The notes under the pieces: generated by a model
The model's input: the letters and a program-made list of their open reading frames with translations, nothing else
Told to the model about the DNA's origin: nothing
Databases searched by the model: none
Program-made: the position numbers and the translations under genes
Source of the DNA: Ruminococcus sp.
Lineage (GTDB): Bacteria > Bacillota > Clostridia > Oscillospirales > Ruminococcaceae
NCBI GenBank assembly: GCA_017521805.1
Contig: JAFXDK010000073.1
Location: forward strand, 13,410-77,409
DNA: 64,000 nucleotides
Direction of reading: 5' to 3'
Part shown: in pieces, positions 61,606-64,000 of the stretch
Numbering within the stretch: position 1 is the stretch's first letter
How the letters are laid out: every line of letters begins with the position of its first letter

Positions 61606-62808
61606 TAAAATATGTCCCATTCTGTCTCGCTTAGTCTTGAGATAGAAAAGGTCGTATGCCGTAGCGTCCATTTGAATAGCCACACGCTCCTTGATTTCAA
61701 GCCCAAATCCGCTTAAACCGTAAATCTTTTCGGGATTGTTTGTCAGCAGTCGGAGAGTCTTACAGCCAAGTTCACGCAAAATCTGTGCGCCGATATAGTA
61801 TTCACGCATATCCCCAGGGAAACCAAGTGCAAGATTAGCGTCAAGGGTATCCATTCCGCCGTCCTGCAACTCATAGGCACGGAGCTTGTTTACAAGTCCG
61901 ATTCCTCTGCCCTCCTGACGCATATATAGCAGAATTCCCCTACCCTCTTTTTCAATCTGCGTCATAGCGGCGGCAAACTGCTGTCCGCAGTCGCATTTGA
62001 GTGAGCCAAAAGCGTCACCTGTCAGACATTCGGAATGTACACGGCAGAGAATATCCTCACCGTTGCCAATATCGCCTTTTACAAGTGCAACATGATGCTC
62101 TCCGTTAAGCTTATTTACAAAGCATACAGCGCGAAATCCGCCGTATTTCGTGGGAAGCTTCGTATCTGCAGCAAGTTCCACAAGAGTTTCATTTACCTTG
62201 CGGTATTCTTTCAGAGCCTTAATGGTGATGAACTTCATTCCCCATTCCACAGCCTTTTTCTGCAATTCCTCAGCACGCATCATTGTGCCGTCATCGCGCA
62301 TAATCTCACAGCAAAGACCACATTCTTTCAAGCCTGCAAGACGCATAAGGTCAACTGTAGCTTCTGTATGTCCCTCACGTTCAAGAACGCCGTTTTTCTT
62401 TGCCATAAGCGGAAACATATGTCCCGGGCGGCGGAAATCCTCAGGCTTTGCGTTGTCGTCAACAGCCATGCGAGCCGTGAATCCGCGCTCCTCTGCGGAA
62501 ATTCCCGTGGTGGTATTTACATGGTCGATTGATACGGTAAAAGCTGTGCTGTGATTATCTGTATTATAATCAACCATTTGTCCTAAATGTAGTTTATGGC
62601 ACAGCTCAATGCTCATAGGCATACAGATAAGTCCCTTTGCCTGAGCCGCCATAAAATTGACATTTTCGGTAGTGGCAAATTCAGCGGCGCATATCATATC
62701 GCCCTCGTTTTCCCTGTCCTCGTCGTCGGTAACAAGGATAATTTCGCCGTTTCTGAGAGCTTCAAGGGCTTCTTCTACGGTATTATAGCGGAATTCGTTA
62801 TCCGTCAT
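61594..62808 (-). CDS. ribBA: Bifunctional 3,4-dihydroxy-2-butanone-4-phosphate synthase / GTP cyclohydrolase II
   Basis: DHBPS '[10 protein letters not shown]', 'MA..A.GLIC' and 'RPGH.FPL'. GCHII '[18 protein letters not shown]' and '[17 protein letters not shown]'. Confidence 0.96.
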   Translation of the reverse strand: MTDNEFRYNTVEEALEALRNGEIILVTDDEDRENEGDMICAAEFATTENVNFMAAQAKGLICMPMSIELCHKLHLGQMVDYNTDNHSTAFTVSIDHVNTTTGISAEERGFTARMAVDDNAKPEDFRRPGHMFPLMAKKNGVLEREGHTEATVDLMRLAGLKECGLCCEIMRDDGTMMRAEELQKKAVEWGMKFITIKALKEYRKVNETLVELAADTKLPTKYGGFRAVCFVNKLNGEHHVALVKGDIGNGEDILCRVHSECLTGDAFGSLKCDCGQQFAAAMTQIEKEGRGILLYMRQEGRGIGLVNKLRAYELQDGGMDTLDANLALGFPGDMREYYIGAQILRELGCKTLRLLTNNPEKIYGLSGFGLEIKERVAIQMDATAYDLFYLKTKRDRMGHILGDL

Positions 62809-62817
62809 ATTTTCCTC

Positions 62818-63615
62818 CTATTTCGCTGCTTTTACATTTCCAACATCCGCACTGAGCTTTACGGTGCATTTATTTTCAATTACGATTTCCTTTTTCTTGC
62901 CTACAAAATCCTCAGACTGCTCCTTTTCCGTGAAATCAAGTCCAAGTGTATCAACGTCTATATCGCCTACATCAGCAGTTATTTCAAGCTCACATTCGGC
63001 TACACTTTCAACAGAAACATCGATATCTCCCACATCAGCAGTTATCTTAGAATCATCTTTAACTGATATATTCTCACATTCGATATTACCAACATTAGCA
63101 GAAATACTGAAATCTCCCACAAGACTTTCAAGGCTTACATTACCCACATCTGCTGTAATATCAAAACTGCCTTTAAGGTTTTCGAGATTGATATCACCTA
63201 CATCTGTTTTAATTGTATAATCCGAAAATTCACTGGGCAGAGTTATATCAAGGTCGGTAGTGACATTTACAAAGCGTGTATCAAAATCTCTTTCGGACAT
63301 TGTTATATAAAGGGTATCACCCTTAATTTTGCTCTCCAGACGTACATTTTCCAGAGCCGCACTTACTTTGTCCGCACTTGCGCCCTTGCTTGTGTAACTG
63401 CCGATAACTTCGACATTTTTTGTATCACCGTACCTTATATCAATTTGTCCGACTTTAATATCAATATCAAGCTTTACAGCCTTTTCGGGCTTGATGCTTA
63501 CAGTTTCGGATTTACTTTCCTTGGTATCAAAATCCAATTTCTCTCCGTTTATGGAAAATGAGCAGGAACTCAAAGCAAGAGCACAAATAACCGATGATGC
63601 AATAATTTTTTTCAT
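62818..63615 (-). CDS. DUF4097-type beta-strand-repeat lipoprotein (putative adhesin-like), inserted in the rib operon
   Basis: Lipobox 'LALSSC'. Repeats 'ITADVGNVSLESL..DFSISANVGNIE..ITADVGDIDV'. 9-nt gap to ribBA and 14-nt gap to ribE. Confidence 0.75.
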   Translation of the reverse strand: MKKIIASSVICALALSSCSFSINGEKLDFDTKESKSETVSIKPEKAVKLDIDIKVGQIDIRYGDTKNVEVIGSYTSKGASADKVSAALENVRLESKIKGDTLYITMSERDFDTRFVNVTTDLDITLPSEFSDYTIKTDVGDINLENLKGSFDITADVGNVSLESLVGDFSISANVGNIECENISVKDDSKITADVGDIDVSVESVAECELEITADVGDIDVDTLGLDFTEKEQSEDFVGKKKEIVIENKCTVKLSADVGNVKAAK

Positions 63616-63629
63616 AGTAAAATCCCCTT

Positions 63630-64000
63630 TTAAATAAATCCATTTGACGCAAGAAAAGCCGTGTTTATGCCGCTTGTTTTTTCAGTTTCCGCAGGCTTCA
63701 TAAGCTTTTCCACATATTTTCCTATAATATCATTTTCAAGATTAACCCTCTGTCCCTTTGATTTTGTCGATAGAATTGTCATTTCAGCTGTGTGCGGTAT
63801 AACAGACACGCTGAAATCTCTGTCTGTTATTTTCGCTACAGTAAGGCTTATACCGTCAATGGCAATTGAGCTTTTTTCCACGATATACCGCATAATATCG
63901 GCATTTGCTGAAATCGTGTACCATATGGCAATTCCGTCATTGACAATATCGGAGATTGTTCCCGTACCGTCAATATGCCCTGACACAATATGACCGCCGA
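63630..64000 (-). CDS. ribE: Riboflavin synthase alpha chain, C-terminal part (N-terminus lies beyond the window end)
   Basis: 'GHIDGTG.I', 'KSSIAIDGISLTV', 'SVIPHT...T.L....G..VNLE.D..GKY'. The reading frame stays open to position 64000. Confidence 0.88.
   Translation of the reverse strand, partial: GGHIVSGHIDGTGTISDIVNDGIAIWYTISANADIMRYIVEKSSIAIDGISLTVAKITDRDFSVSVIPHTAEMTILSTKSKGQRVNLENDIIGKYVEKLMKPAETEKTSGINTAFLASNGFI

Noticed and set aside
1-64000. CRISPR arrays, IS elements, transposases, integrases, phage genes, toxin-antitoxin pairs and known defence genes (RT, Cas, restriction-modification, Abi)
   Set aside because: I recognised none in any of the listed ORFs or by repeat inspection. 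The only dispersed repeats are the non-coding families reported in the findings.
63987-64000. FMN riboswitch for the rib operon
   Set aside because: It would lie upstream of ribD/ribE, beyond the window end. Nothing FMN-like is visible in the internal spacers.

Overview
This 64-kb window looks like low-GC Firmicutes (Clostridia) chromosome. The dockerin-bearing secreted proteins suggest a cellulosome-producing, Ruminococcus-like organism; that assignment is an inference. Gene density is high and there are no rRNA genes, CRISPR arrays, transposases, integrases or phage genes.

Housekeeping blocks:
- addB-addA
- pyrH-frr-uppS-cdsA-dxr-rseP-ispG-polC
- A complete his operon, hisZGDCBHAFIE, with four unrelated small genes wedged inside it
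- Part of a rib operon, ribE-[DUF4097 lipoprotein]-ribBA-[structured spacer]-ribH-HAD
- smpB, tyrA, an ABC-F ATPase, an RluA-family pseudouridine synthase, rnz and three tRNA-Ser genes

Accessory content:
- Three dockerin proteins: a PL1+PL9 pectate lyase, an LTD-CotH protein and a BspA-type LRR protein
- A GH25 muramidase
- A receiver-less Spo0A_C-like regulator
- A cobalamin riboswitch controlling a DUF4430 protein and an ECF S-component
- A c-di-GMP cluster: a CBM-sensor GGDEF protein, a PocR pseudo-kinase, and a degenerate-GGDEF/EAL protein

The signals least explained by ordinary annotation are non-coding:
1. A 229-nt multi-hairpin repeat is present three times in the same orientation. 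Substitutions between copies are compensatory and keep the stems paired.
2. A promoter-driven RNA of about 165-170 nt forms a rod with a 17x17 central bubble (6S-like).
3. A 21-24-nt palindromic arm family occurs at two loci.
4. Two further rod-like hairpins of about 160 nt flank or interrupt the rib locus.

Several ORF-track starts were moved to internal ATGs that have Shine-Dalgarno sites.
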